The position numbers and the translations under genes are program-made. A DNA stretch of 64,000 bases from Centroscyllium fabricii (Eukaryota), in the NCBI GenBank assembly GCA_051313645.2, contig JBNRSN020000009.1, positions 71,362,001 to 71,426,000 of the forward strand, read 5' to 3'. Below the pieces are notes generated by a model. It was given only the letters and a program-made list of their open reading frames with translations. It was not told where the DNA came from and ran no database searches. Shown piece after piece: positions 1 through 11,469 of this stretch; position 1 is the stretch's first letter; each line of letters opens with the position of its first letter.

Positions 1-168
1 AATTCCTCCTCATCTCTGTCCTAAATGGTTTAGCCCTTATCCTTAAACTGTGTCCCCTAGTTCTATACTCTCCTGCCATCGGAAACATTCCTTCTGCATC
101 TAGTCTGTCCAGGCCTGTCAGAATTTTATGTTTCTATGAGATCCCCTCTCAATCTTCTAAACTCCAGT
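1..168 (-). mobile_element. CR1 LINE 3' fragment
   Basis: Closely similar to the CR1 copies at about 19150-19320 and 25735-25900. Confidence 0.85.
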
Positions 169-284
169 TTAAATGCTAGCATTTAAGTCACAGCACTGCA
201 TCTGGCTGTTCTAAATTTACTGTAGTTTATTATTTAGTAAACTATTGCAATCTATAAAAAAACATAAATTGTATAGGTGCTAAG

Positions 285-500
285 GCTTTGCAACACCTCC
301 CAAACCACCTAGAATAGTGCAGCAGGTGCACAGGATCACAGCTTGGGCATACCACCGTGACTTTGTTGCTGGATCAAAGTCCTGGAACTCTCCACCTAAA
401 CGGTATTGTGGGAGCACCTTCAGTATATGGACGACAGCAGTTCTGGAAAACTAGGGATGGGGACAGTGTGTTGGCCTTGTCAGTGATGCCCAGATCTGGA
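285..500 (+). mobile_element. Degenerate LINE 3' end sharing its tail with the SINE at 58562
   Basis: attgtgggagcacct...ctagggatggg...ggccttgtcagtgatgccc resembles 58895-59025. Confidence 0.6.
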
Positions 501-832
501 GAATATATTCCTTCAAAAAAAAAGTTATTTTCACTTTTTCCTTGGGATATGTTTTAAAAAAAAAAAAAAAAACATGCCTTCTAAACTTTAGAACCTAACC
601 TTTTTGGGCTGACAAAGGATGATTAACAAAGATAAATATGTGGGGGGTGAACAAAACACTGCCTTAAAATAAATCAATAAAAATTGGTCAAACGAAAACT
701 CTGGATCCTGTGGATGCATGACACTGAAGGTTTTATCTAACATTTATCTGACATTTTTTTTGGGTGGGATGTTCAGTTAAAAGGAACTGAGGAGGAAACC
801 GAATGAGTTGAAACAAGTTTATAAAGGGACCA

Positions 833-1054
833 TAGCAAAATACTGCGGATGCTGGAAATCTGAAATAACAGAAAATGCTGGAAAAACTCAGCAGGCCAGG
901 CAGCATCTGTGGAGAGAGAAAGTTAACATTTCAGGTCGAAGACCTTTTTCGTCGGACCTTTCTTCAGAACCTTTCAAAAGGTCTTCGACCTGAAACATTA
1001 ACTCTTTCTCTCTCCACGGATGCTGCCTGGCCTGAGTTTTTCCAGTGTTTTCTG
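833..1054. mobile_element. Palindromic Penelope-terminus-derived element
   Basis: Inverted arms of about 80 bp; 14-bp TSD TTATAAAGGGACCA (819-832, 1055-1068); same motif as the terminus of the Penelope element at 2403. Confidence 0.8.
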
Positions 1055-1628
1055 TTATAAAGGGACCAGGTTTACCCAACCACGTTGGAAATGGGTGTCA
1101 CCTTGTTTTGTCAGGATGCGCAGTAAGTAGCAGATGATGAAACATTCAACCAACATCAGCTGTGTCTTTTTGTAAAGAAAACGCAATGCTTTATGTACCA
1201 GGTTTTGGGAAAGCTAAGCGAATACCAGATGTGCCACTGGAGAATTTTCCTAAGTCTAAACCAACCACTGACTTTGAAGAAATTACCTCTTGTTGAAAGA
1301 CCGATGGTTTGGTGTATCCAGACTTCTAAAAGGCAGTGGGGATTCATGGTATAATTTGGGAATGGTTAAGAAATTGGCTGAAAGGTAGAGCTTAAATTAG
1401 AAAATATTTAAGTGGATGTAACTGGTTAAAGATGTGAAATGGACTTCTGGGTAGGGTAGCAGAGGTGAAAACTCAGCATTCTAAGAAACTGGAGTCTTTC
1501 TAGAAGGATTGATTGAATTGTCATGACTTTAGAAAGATCTAGCCTTTATTTTGTATCGCAAAAACATGAAGCCACATTTGAGATGTGTGCAGTTTTGGGA
1601 TAGTTTATGCTTAATTAATTTTACACTC

Positions 1629-1918
1629 TGACGTATCGTCAATACCTCAGATTAAAGGAGTCGATGAGTAGTTACCGTAACTAAAGGCTTTTAATCGCTA
1701 AGCTTGGAGCTACCCTCCGAACGAACATCTGCACAGGAATGAGGAGCCTCGGTCAGTCTCCACCTATAAAGGGCCTCACCTGGGGGAGGAGTTAGAGGTG
1801 TGGCTGACCTGGCTCCCGACAGTATTACACAGGTTACAGGGCTGTGCCTTGCATATGCACAGCCCATTATTGGTACAATAATAGTGGTAAAAATACAGTA
1901 TAACATGGTTACCACACA
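1629..1918 (-). mobile_element. Probable solo LTR
   Basis: TG..CA ends; near-TSD CACTC/CACTT; ATTAAA on the - strand. Confidence 0.5.
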
Positions 1919-2094
1919 CACTTTATTTTAAGACATGGTAATAACTATCTAGGAATGGAATGGAGTTATAGGGCAATGGAAAGATAATCAAATGGGCAAA
2001 ATAGTTTCTGCTAGTTTTAGGGAGGAAAAGAAGAAATATTATTGGGTAGTAGGTAGTAACTCACTAGGGATTGATTCATTATGGAGGTGGATCT

Positions 2095-2402
2095 ACCCCT
2101 CCAGAGATTTGACCACGCAATATAGGGTGATGCTTCAGTGCAGTACTGTACTGAGGGATGTGTTGTCTTTAGGAAGAAATGTTAAACTGCTCTCTGGTGG
2201 ATGTAAAAGATCCAATTGCCCAATTTGAACGGGAAGGTATGTTGTACCTGGTTTCCTGGTCAGTCAATATTTATCCCCCAACTGCTATCACCGAAGAAAA
2301 CCGGTTATCTGGCCATTATCTCTTTGGAATTTTGCTGTGTGCAAGTTGGCTGCTGCATTTCCTACATTATTACTACAGTGACTAAACTTCAAAAGTACTT
2401 AA
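2095..2402 (+). mobile_element. Old SINE body (SacSINE1/Deu-SINE-like), interrupted; resumes at about 6112-6130
   Basis: cagtgcagtactg..gatgtaaaagatcc..ttggctgctgcatttcctacatt..cttcaaaagtactt resembles the recalled shark Deu-SINE consensus. Confidence 0.55.
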
Positions 2403-4235
2403 CAGAAAATGCTGGAAAAACTCAGGTAGCATCAGTAGAGAGAGAGAGAGAGAGAGTGTTAATGTTTCAGGTCGATGACCATCAGAACTGGAGAGGGGAT
2501 AGATTTGAAAGCTGGTGGGGGCTGGGGAGAGGGATACATTTTTCCAGCGTTTGTTGTTTTGGATTTCTAGCATCCGCAGTATGTTGCTATCATATCAAGG
2601 AACACGGGATGGCTCTAAAGGTGTGAACAGCTCTGGCAGAGAAAAGAAAAAAGCCCAGGCACGTGTGCGTGCATATCTTTACGCTGATCTTCCGTCAAAC
2701 AATACAGTGAATGTTGGTCAATAACCTATCCCCAAAGATGGAGACTGAAGTTGAGGAAGCGAAGAGTCAGAGATGGACCATGTGAAGGTGAGGGAAGAGT
2801 GGAAATTGGAAGCATAGTGAATTAAAAAATTTCTAGTTTGGGAAGTGAGCAGGAGACAGTGCAGTCATTAATGTACTGGAAAAAGAGGTGAGGGAGGGGA
2901 CCCGAGTAGGACTGGAACAAAACAAGTTCCACATATCCCACGAAAAGGCAGGCATAGCTAGGACCCATGCAGGTATCCATAGCAACACCTTTGATTTGGA
3001 GGAAATGAGCGGAGTCAAAGGAAAAGTTCTTCAATGTGAGAACAAGTTCAGCCAAGCGGTGGAGGGTGGTAGTGGATGGGGACTGGTTGGGCCTCTGTTC
3101 AAGGAAGAAGCGGAGTGCCCTCATGCCATCCTGGTGGGGGATAGAGGTGTAGAGGGATTCTACGTTCATGGTGAAAAGGAGGCGGTTGGGGCCGGGAAAG
3201 TGGCAGAGGGTTTCGGAAAAGTCGCGGATGTAGGTGGGAAGAAACTGGACAAGGAGGAAAAGATGGTTGAGCTAGGAAGAGAAGTTCCGTGGGGCAAGAA
3301 CAGGCTGAAACGATGGGTCTACCAGGGCAGTCCTGTTTGTGTATCTTGGGAAGGAGGTAGAAGCGGGCTGTGCGGGGTTGGGGAACTAAGGTTGGCGGCC
3401 GTAGGGGGAAGATCTCCAGAGGAGATGAAGTCAGTGACAGTCTTGGAAATGGTGGCTTGATGTTCGGTGGTGGGGTCATGGTTCAGGTGGAGGTAGGAGG
3501 CGGTGTTGGAAAGTTGGCGTTCAGCTTCTGCTAGGTTGAGGTCGGTTTGCCAAACAGTGCAACCCTTGTCAGCAGGTTTAATGACAATGTCGGGGTTTGA
3601 TCTGAGAGAATGGAGTGTTGCAAGTTCAGAGAGAGGTTAGTTGGAGTGAGTGACGGGAGCAGAGAAATGGAGACTGTCAATGTCACGGCAGCAGTTTGCA
3701 AGATCTAGAGGGTAAGAGGCCAGGGGGAGGGGTCCAGGTTGAATGGAAATTCTGAAAGCGGGAGGGTCAGCCGTGCGGGGGGGGAAGACTCCCGGTCAAA
3801 TAAGTGGGCACAGAGCTCCATATCGTGCCAAGCTCGCAATTCATTGAGGTGGGGCGTAAGGGAATTTTGCAGAGGACTGATTGCCCGGGGTCATAGAGGG
3901 GAAAGGTCAGAGGGGATGGTGAAAACACGGCAGGGGGTGAGATTGGGAGAAGGTGGTGTGGGGGGGCGGGGGGGGGGGCGATCAGACGAAAGTGAGATTG
4001 GGAGAAGGTTCCGGAGGGACGTTGGTGTTCGAGTTGACGAAGCTTGCGATCCTTGACATCGGAAAGGAAGAAAAATGTTTTTTGTTGAAGCGTCTGAGTC
4101 GAAGGATGAAATAGAACTGTGGACCCGGACAGTGCGTCGAGTGTTCATGTGGCGCCACATTGCATTGAGCGTGGATCTCGATGCGGCGAGAGCAGTGGTT
4201 CGAGGAACGATGAATATCTTGGAAGCGTCAGATGA
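2403..4235 (-). mobile_element. Penelope-like element (PLE), degenerate RT
   Basis: RFYLLPKIHK..GRPIVS, SLYTSIPH, GVAMD..GPSYACLFVG in broken frames; 23-bp TSD GACTAAACTTCAAAAGTACTTAA (2380-2402, 4236-4258). Confidence 0.9.
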
Positions 4236-4262
4236 GACTAAACTTCAAAAGTACTTAATTGG

Positions 4263-6105
4263 TCCGCTCGCTGCTGAAGGCGCGTGACACAGCTTTCAAA
4301 TCTGGGGATGTGGCGGCTTACAGCACAGCCAGGGCCAACCTAAAGAGGGGTATCAGGTCTACCAAACAAAATCAGACACTGAAGATAGACGAACACTTTC
4401 ACAACAACTCGGACCCTCGACGTATGTGGCAAGGCATACAGTCCATCACTGACTACAAGTGCAGAAACACCAGCCCCCCGACCAGCGATGCCTCCCTACC
4501 GGAGGAACTCAACAACTTCTACGCTCGCTTCGACAGGGACAACAGGGAGCCAGCCACAAGTCCTGCAATCCCATGAAGACCAGCCATTAACACTGTCCTG
4601 CTCCGACGCAAGAGGTGCTCTACGTGGAGTGAATGTACGGAAGGCCGCGGGTCCCGATGGCATCCCCGGCCGGGCGCTCAAAGAATGTGCCGACCAACTG
4701 GCTGAAGTCTTCACTGACATCTTCAACCTGTCACTGGCGAAGGCAGCTGTCCCTACCTGCTTCAATACCGCCGCCACCATCATCCCTGTGCCCAAGAAAA
4801 TGTCCGTGACGTGACTGAACGACTACCGCCCTGTCGCACTTACACCCATTATCATGAAGTGTTTCGAGCGGCTGGTCCTGGCCCACATCAAAGCCAGCAT
4901 CCCCGCCGCCTTGGACCAATACCAGTTCGCCTACCATGGGAACAGATCTATGGAAGATGCTATCACTACGGCTCTTCACTCTGCACTAAACCACCTGGAT
5001 AGCAAAGATGCGTATATCAGAATGCTGTTTATTGACTACAGCTCAGCATTCAACACCATCGTTGCCAGCAAATTGTCTACCAAACTCCTCACCCTCGGCC
5101 TGAACACCTCCCTCTGCAACTGGACCCTGGACTTCCTAACCAACAGACCACAGTCTGTGAAGTTAGGCAACCTCACCCTGAACACGGGGGCCCCACAAGG
5201 CTGTGTGCTGAGCCCCCTCCTCTACTCCCTCTTCACTCACGACTGTGCGGCTGTCCATGGCTCCAACACGATCATCAAGTTTGCGGATGACATCACGGTG
5301 GTTGGCCAGATCACCAACAACGACGAGTCAGCCTACAGGGATGAGATCCAGCGCCTTGTGGGATGGTGTGCCGACAACAACCTGGCACTGAACACCAAGC
5401 AAACTAAGGAGATCATAGTGGACTTCCGGAGGACTGGAAGCAGAAGACACACTCCCATCTTCATCCAAGGGGCTGAGGTGGAAAGGGTGTCCAGCTTCAA
5501 GTTCCTCGGGGTCCACATCTCGGAAGACCTCTCCTGGTCACTAAACACCTCCTCTCTGGTTAAGAAGGCCCAACAGCGCCTGTACTTCCTAAGGAAGCTG
5601 AAGAAAGCCAGGCTGTCATCCGGCATCCTCCAACTTCTACCGCTACACAATCGAAAGCATACTGACGAGCTGCATCACAGTCTGGTATGGAAATTGCACC
5701 ATCTCTGACCGGAAGACCCTGCAGCGGGTAGTCAAAACTGCCCAACGAATCACCGGTACCCAGCTACCGTCAATGGAAAGCATCTACCTCAAACGCTGCC
5801 TACGGAGGTCTCTGAACATTATTAAAGACCCCACACACCCCAGCCACAGTCTGTTTGCCCCCCCCCCCCCCGCCCTCCGGGAGACGCTACAGATCAATTC
5901 GCACCCGCACGACTAGATTTAAGAACAGTTTCTTCCCCAGGGATGTCAGTCTCCTGAACTCTAAAAATAAACTCTGGTACCTGCACACCTGAATGTACTT
6001 TACTGTATGCAATTTGCATGTAATTTATTTGCACTACTCTCGGGAGCGTCGAGTCTTCGTCTCGTTGTATTGTACTAGTACTCTGCAATGACAAAACTTG
6101 AATTG
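4263..6105 (+). mobile_element. Rex1/Babar LINE, 5'-truncated and frameshifted
   Basis: [64 protein letters not shown]; (TTGAA)n tail; AATTGG at both junctions. Confidence 0.92.
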
Positions 6106-6749
6106 AATTGGCCGTCCAGTGCTTTTGAATCTCTTCTCTCTCTTGTGCCATACAGGGTATCTAATTTGGAATGAGTGGAGTTGCTGGGTTAGATTTGAGG
6201 CCCAGGGACACATAGCCTTTTACTTGTTCAAAATTGATGCTTCATTTAACTGGTTTATTACTGTAAAATGGCATCCTGTGTTCAGTTTTTACTAAACTGT
6301 TGATTTTATTTTTCAAACTGAGTTAATCACTGTCTTCTACCCAACATGGATTATGTTTGGCAAGGTTGTTAAATGCCTTGTATGGTCTATAGAAGTGATT
6401 ATGGATTTGTTCTTGACAAACCTGTGAATTGTTAGTGATGTCTGGTATTTTAAGATTCTGTCCAGTACCTGGAATGCCACCAATAAAGCTTTTCCTTGAA
6501 GTGACTGAAGTATTTTTTACCTGAATATTCTACATTTAAAATCTCAACTGGTGCACGAACTGATTTGGATTCCTCACCTTTGGTAAGTTAATGCAATGAA
6601 TCTTGAGCCTCCATAAGTGGAACAATAAGTAGGCAAATGAAGGGGGTGTCAACTTTCATAGTTCAGCACTACTGGGCTGGGAGCACACCCAACTCTAGTT
6701 ACCGTTTGTTTGCATTTGCAAATAAAACCACACCCATCCTGTTTAATGT

Positions 6750-6900
6750 GGTGATGTGGAGGTGCTGGTGTTGGACTGGGGTGGACAAATGCAAGAAGTC
6801 TCACACCACCAAGTTAAGTTTTATTTGAAATCACAAGCTTTCAGAGCGTTGCTCCTTCATCAGATGAAGTGGAGAGTTGCATATAAACACAGCATATATA
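6750..6900 (-). mobile_element. Penelope-type terminal repeat fragment
   Basis: Contains a hammerhead-like core followed by AATAAA on the - strand. Confidence 0.65.
6831..6867 (-). ncRNA. Minimal hammerhead ribozyme motif
   Basis: - strand reads TCAT-CTGATGA-A-GGAGC-AAC-GCTCT-GAAA-GC-TT-GTGA: core boxes, stem II, and stem I TCAT/GTGA. Confidence 0.65.
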
Positions 6901-7769
6901 TAGTCTTGAGGACAATGCTGGATGATTAAAGGAAATCTTTCCAACTGTCCTTCATCACACCTCGGCAGAGAGACATTCATAGCAATCAAAGGTGTGAATG
7001 GTATTTAAACAGATCAGTTAGGAAGACACCACCCAAAGAACAATGAGGTGGAGTCACAAAGGGTCAAATGTTGCACATGCTGGGGTCTGTGGAAAAACCA
7101 ACACAAAAATAAAAAATAAAACCATTTTTTGCTGGAAATCACAGCCAGTACAGCCGCATCTGTGTAGTGAGAACAAGCCAAAGACGACTCCAGTCTGGAT
7201 GACTCTACGCCAGGTGGGCTTACATGTAGTGTGACCTGTTTGTGGAATCTGATTCAATTCGTGTTGATTTTAATTTTGTCGTCTAGTGTAGCAACAACTG
7301 GGTGTATGACCGTGGTCTCTGCCTGAATTGAGTGGCTGAATGCCAAACCATCTAATGACCATGCTGGTTTACGTCTCAAAACAAGCATTTTCATCCAGGC
7401 ATTACAATACTTTGCCGATTTGAACATTTGGCGCAACAAATTGTTTGTCCAGTTCAAGGACTTGGGTCAGATTAGTGCAAATTTATTGAGTAAAAGCCAA
7501 AAGATTTAATGGGAACCACATTGTTCAGGTAATACTTCATTGTTACAAGGCTGAAATGTGTCTGCTGGAGCTCTACAGGGATCTGGTACAATCTGCAGTT
7601 GCTATTCACTTTGTCTAGCATCTGCCAGTCCTGCTCTGAAACAAGCTACAGATTGCATGAAAGGCTCGGTTTCTTTGTAACTCTAATGCAGCCCTGTAAC
7701 CCAGTGTGCAGACACAACCGGTAAAGAGAGCCATCCCATCACAGAGCGGCCCTTTGTTCTTTCCTCCCT

Positions 7770-7928
7770 ACCCCTGCTTAAAAATCTCTCCTCCCGAACC
7801 TTTTCCATTTCTGACAAAGGGTTCGACCTGAGACATTGACTGTTTCTCCTCTCATTGATGCTGCCTGACCTGCTGTGTGCTTCCAGCACTTTGTTTCAGA
7901 TTTCCAGCATCTGCAATATTTTGCTATT
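7770..7928 (+). mobile_element. Penelope terminal fragment
   Basis: ctgacaaagggttcgacctgagac..gatgctgcctgacctgctg..ttccagcatctgca; same family as 833 and 2403. Confidence 0.7.
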
Positions 7929-7949
7929 GTAAAAGATGAGGGTAGCTCC

Positions 7950-8625
7950 TTTTGATATCCAGGCAGCATTTGGGCAAGTCAGGCACCAAGGAGCCCCAGT
8001 AAAACAGGTCAGTGGGTGTTCTACCTGATGCAGGATCGGTCATGATTACCAATCGTCATAGTCGCAGGATATCACCAAGACTTCAGGGAACTGTCCTCAG
8101 TTGCTTAATCAATGGCCTTTTTTCACAAGTCAGGAGTGTGACTATTTCCTAACTATATTGAGTGTTCAGCTCCTTCCATAACTCCATGAAGCAGCCCATG
8201 CTAGCCGACAGCAGAATTTGGCTAACATCCAGGCTTGAGCTGACAATTGGCCAGTAATTGTCATCTCCAACAAAGGCCCAGTGACCTTCCTTAAGCCCTT
8301 GATGACACTGCCATCACAGTCACCTGGTATTGGCATCCTGGGAACCACCAAATTAACACCGTGGCTGCAACAGAAACTGGCTTCAAAAGCACCTCCCAAC
8401 CCCGTGACCTCTACCACAAAGGACGAGCATTAATATTTTGGGAGCACCATCACCTGTATATTTCCCTCCAAATTGCACACCATACTGACTAGGACATATT
8501 GCTGTCCCTTTGCCATTGGGTCAAAAACCTGCCATTCACTACCTAGTACCGTAAGCCAAGCAGTGCTGTGGTTGCAGGAGAAGGCCTGCTGCAACTGCCT
8601 CCGGGCAACTAGGGTAACAATACAG
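7950..8625 (+). mobile_element. Highly degenerate LINE RT and 3' tail (same tail family as 285-500 and 58562)
   Basis: FDIQAAFGQVRHQGAPVK resembles the RT motif D..AFD.V.H; acctcccaa and gggcaactaggg tail motifs. Confidence 0.55.
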
Positions 8626-9645
8626 CTTCACCAGGATCACTGAGTGGGTGGAGGTTTGGTGCTGGGTTGTGGAAGTAGAAGGTACACATTCCAAGTGACT
8701 TGGGATCGAAGTTCAACATCTCCTTGGAGACTGTACAGTAAGTTTTTTGTGTTCCAGAAAGTCTTGCCTGCTACAGATGGGTGCTTTCCCCTTGCCCTTT
8801 ACATAACTTAGTGTAACCTAGGAGCATAACTTTACTGTGCATTCATTTTCAGAGGTTTTTGTTCTATAATGCAAGTTAAGAAATGTTGGACTAAAAATGC
8901 TGTTTTATAAGCTAATTTCACAGTACTGCTTGGTGCTTCCGAAAGGACATGCTTAAATAAACATATTTAACTGTAGGATCTCTTTCTGAATTCTCTTTCC
9001 GAACTTGAATAAGGGTAGTCCTTTCAGAACTTGTTTCAAATTAACCATTTAGTTGATGATCTCAATTTATAAACCTAAAATGCAGCTGGTAACCATTTTA
9101 GAATAATTACTAAATATAAAGATTAAACAATGCCTAATTTCAAGTGTAGTTTAATCTGTCACATCTTGTGATTAACCTCCATTTATTTTCTTCAGGAAAA
9201 TGACCAGAGTTTTGGCTACCTCCAAGTTAACTTCATGCATGCTTTATTTTGTTAAAGGCAACAAGAATTCATTATTTTGTTTTTAAAAAAAAGTTACCAA
9301 CAGACTAAGTATACCAATATACAACTATTGATTTGTCTTTATATTGTAGTAATTTTTTTAGCCTTTGTTAAATAGGGAAGTATGGTTCTTAAGATATTAC
9401 AAATTAAGAGCAACAACTTGCATTTATATAACACATTTAACATAGCAAAATGTCCCAAGGTGCTTCACTGGAGTGTTACCAAACCAATTTTGACAATCAC
9501 ATTGGAGCAAATGACCAAAAATTGGAGAAAAAGGTTAAGCGGTGGTGTTTAGGAAGTGAATTCCAGAGCTTGGGGCCTAGGCAGTTGAAGGCATGGCTGC
9601 TAATGGAGTGATGAAAATCGGATATGCAAGAGGCCAGAATTGGAG

Positions 9646-9918
9646 TGAGATGCCTCAAATTAAGACGGCAACGAGTTTCTTAATAAAGTGGCTTTTATTA
9701 ACAAGGAACTGAACCATGTCCCGGAGTCTGTCTGGAATGAGAGATAAGTGGGCAGAGCATTCTCCTTTTATACTAGCACCCAGAGGTGGGGTCAGCCGGT
9801 ACAGGTCCTTACAGAAAGGTAAAGACATTAACAGATATAACAAGATATATACAAACACCTTAAACAGAACTATATACAATAACCATACAGTGTGAACCAC
9901 ACCAAAAGGTTCATCACA
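9646..9918 (-). mobile_element. Solo LTR inserted in an old L2-like fragment
   Basis: TG..CA ends; 5-bp TSD TGGAG (9641-9645, 9919-9923); - strand TATAAAA (9766-9772) and AATAAA (9694-9699). Confidence 0.85.
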
Positions 9919-10724
9919 TGGAGGACTGCAGAGATTGAGAAGTCAGTGCTTTTGTAGCCACTTGAACAGAAAAATGGGGCCCTGATTTAATAGCTCATCT
10001 GAAAGAACGCACCTTTTGACAATGCAGCACTACATCAGAACAGCAATAAAAGTGTCTGCTGAGGGAATGAATGATGGATAAATCTTAAAACTGGCATGTT
10101 CTGACAGTCTAGCTTTGCTGTCCCCATGTACCTCAATGTGTAGGAGTTTGCACGGAAGCTTGCAAGCTCTCAGCAAATGGCTTCATGTTCTGGTCTTGGC
10201 TGTTGGTAGCTCTTGGCTGATTTTATTGAAGTTTTTTAATGAGTTTTTTGTGCTACCTGTGTATTGGTACATTTTCTGCACCTATTGTGAATTTGTTGGC
10301 TGAAATTTTCTATAACAGTAGGGAGAAGTGTGTGTGGACTATGGCTAAATCCATGCTTTTTGCCTTTAAGGGATCAATAGTTCATGTTTTTTTCCTCCTC
10401 CATTATCCATGATTACAGTCTTTAAATTCAACTTTAGGAAAAAGGAACTTGTGTGGACAATTAGGTTAACTGGATCTTTGTTCTAAATGCATAGAATTGT
10501 TTTTACAACACACACATAATGAACATTCATTCTCGATGTAGAAAGTGCTAGGTCATCAGAAATTCAGGCACTCAAGTGGCATTTGCAGCAAGTGTTTACT
10601 TTTTATGGTGAATGTGCCAAAGAGGAAACCGTCCAGTGCTGAAATAACTTTTTTTTTGGTGTTCCTTCAGTGCAAGAGATTGATCAGTTCTGATATTACT
10701 GTTAATATTGCGAACTATATTAGG

Positions 10725-11008
10725 TGTGGTTGTGTAGTGATTAAATTACTGAACTGGTAATCCAGAGGCCTAAGTGACTAATCCAGAGATTGAGTTTAAA
10801 TTTCACCATGGAACGGAGGAGGAAACCTGCCATGCTTACCTGATCTGGCCTACATGACTACAGTCCCATGCCAAGCACAGTTGGCTCCTAACAAGTACTC
10901 GTTTGTATTGAACCTCCACCTTCACAGGGCATCGAGGGATGGGCAATAAATGCCAGCCCTGCTAGCAACTGCCACGCTTCCATGTAAATTATAAAAAAAA
11001 AAAAAAAA
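10725..11008 (+). mobile_element. tRNA-headed SINE, internally deleted copy with A-tail
   Basis: Homologous to 58562-59035; gagtttaaat B-box-like motif; gggatgggcaataaatg tail. Confidence 0.7.
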
Positions 11009-11133
11009 GTGTGTGTGGGGAACACTTTGTTCAAAATACTTCATGGAATAGTGATCTTAATGTGAATGAAGTCATTGTGTAGAAAATATACACTTTATTT
11101 CCCCCCACCCCCCATGCTTATTAAATGGTACTG

Positions 11134-11378
11134 TGTAGCGGCACACCCGCTGGGATTACGAATCCGCCAACGGGGCTCCGCGGAGCGCGGCTCGCTCAAC
11201 CACGTGATGCGGTTGCGTCACCACGTCGGTGGACGTGATGACGTCACCAACGGCGGGACAGTTTAAATATGTTGATACCTCGTGGTTCTGCCTCTTCCAT
11301 GTTTTGAATCTCTAGAGTAAAGTTGTGTTTTCCTTTAGCTCTGTCTCTGTGCATTCTTTAAGTACTCGCAGCTCCACA
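11134..11378 (+). repeat. 5' LTR
   Basis: TGTAGC..CCACA; E-box CACGTG 11201-11206, CRE TGACGTCA 11239-11246, variant poly(A) signal AGTAAA 11316-11321. Confidence 0.95.
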
Positions 11379-11379
11379 G

Positions 11380-11392
11380 TGGTGACCCCGAC
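11380..11392 (+). promoter_or_regulatory. Primer binding site, tRNA-Trp type
   Basis: TGGTGACCCCGAC starts 1 nt after the 5' LTR and is complementary to the tRNA-Trp 3' end. Confidence 0.85.
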
Positions 11393-11469
11393 AACTGGAA
11401 CGACTTCCAGTCCAGTGAAGAAAAGCTGCTGCAGTATTTGAGGATCGCAGCCAAGGACTTTAAAAAAAT

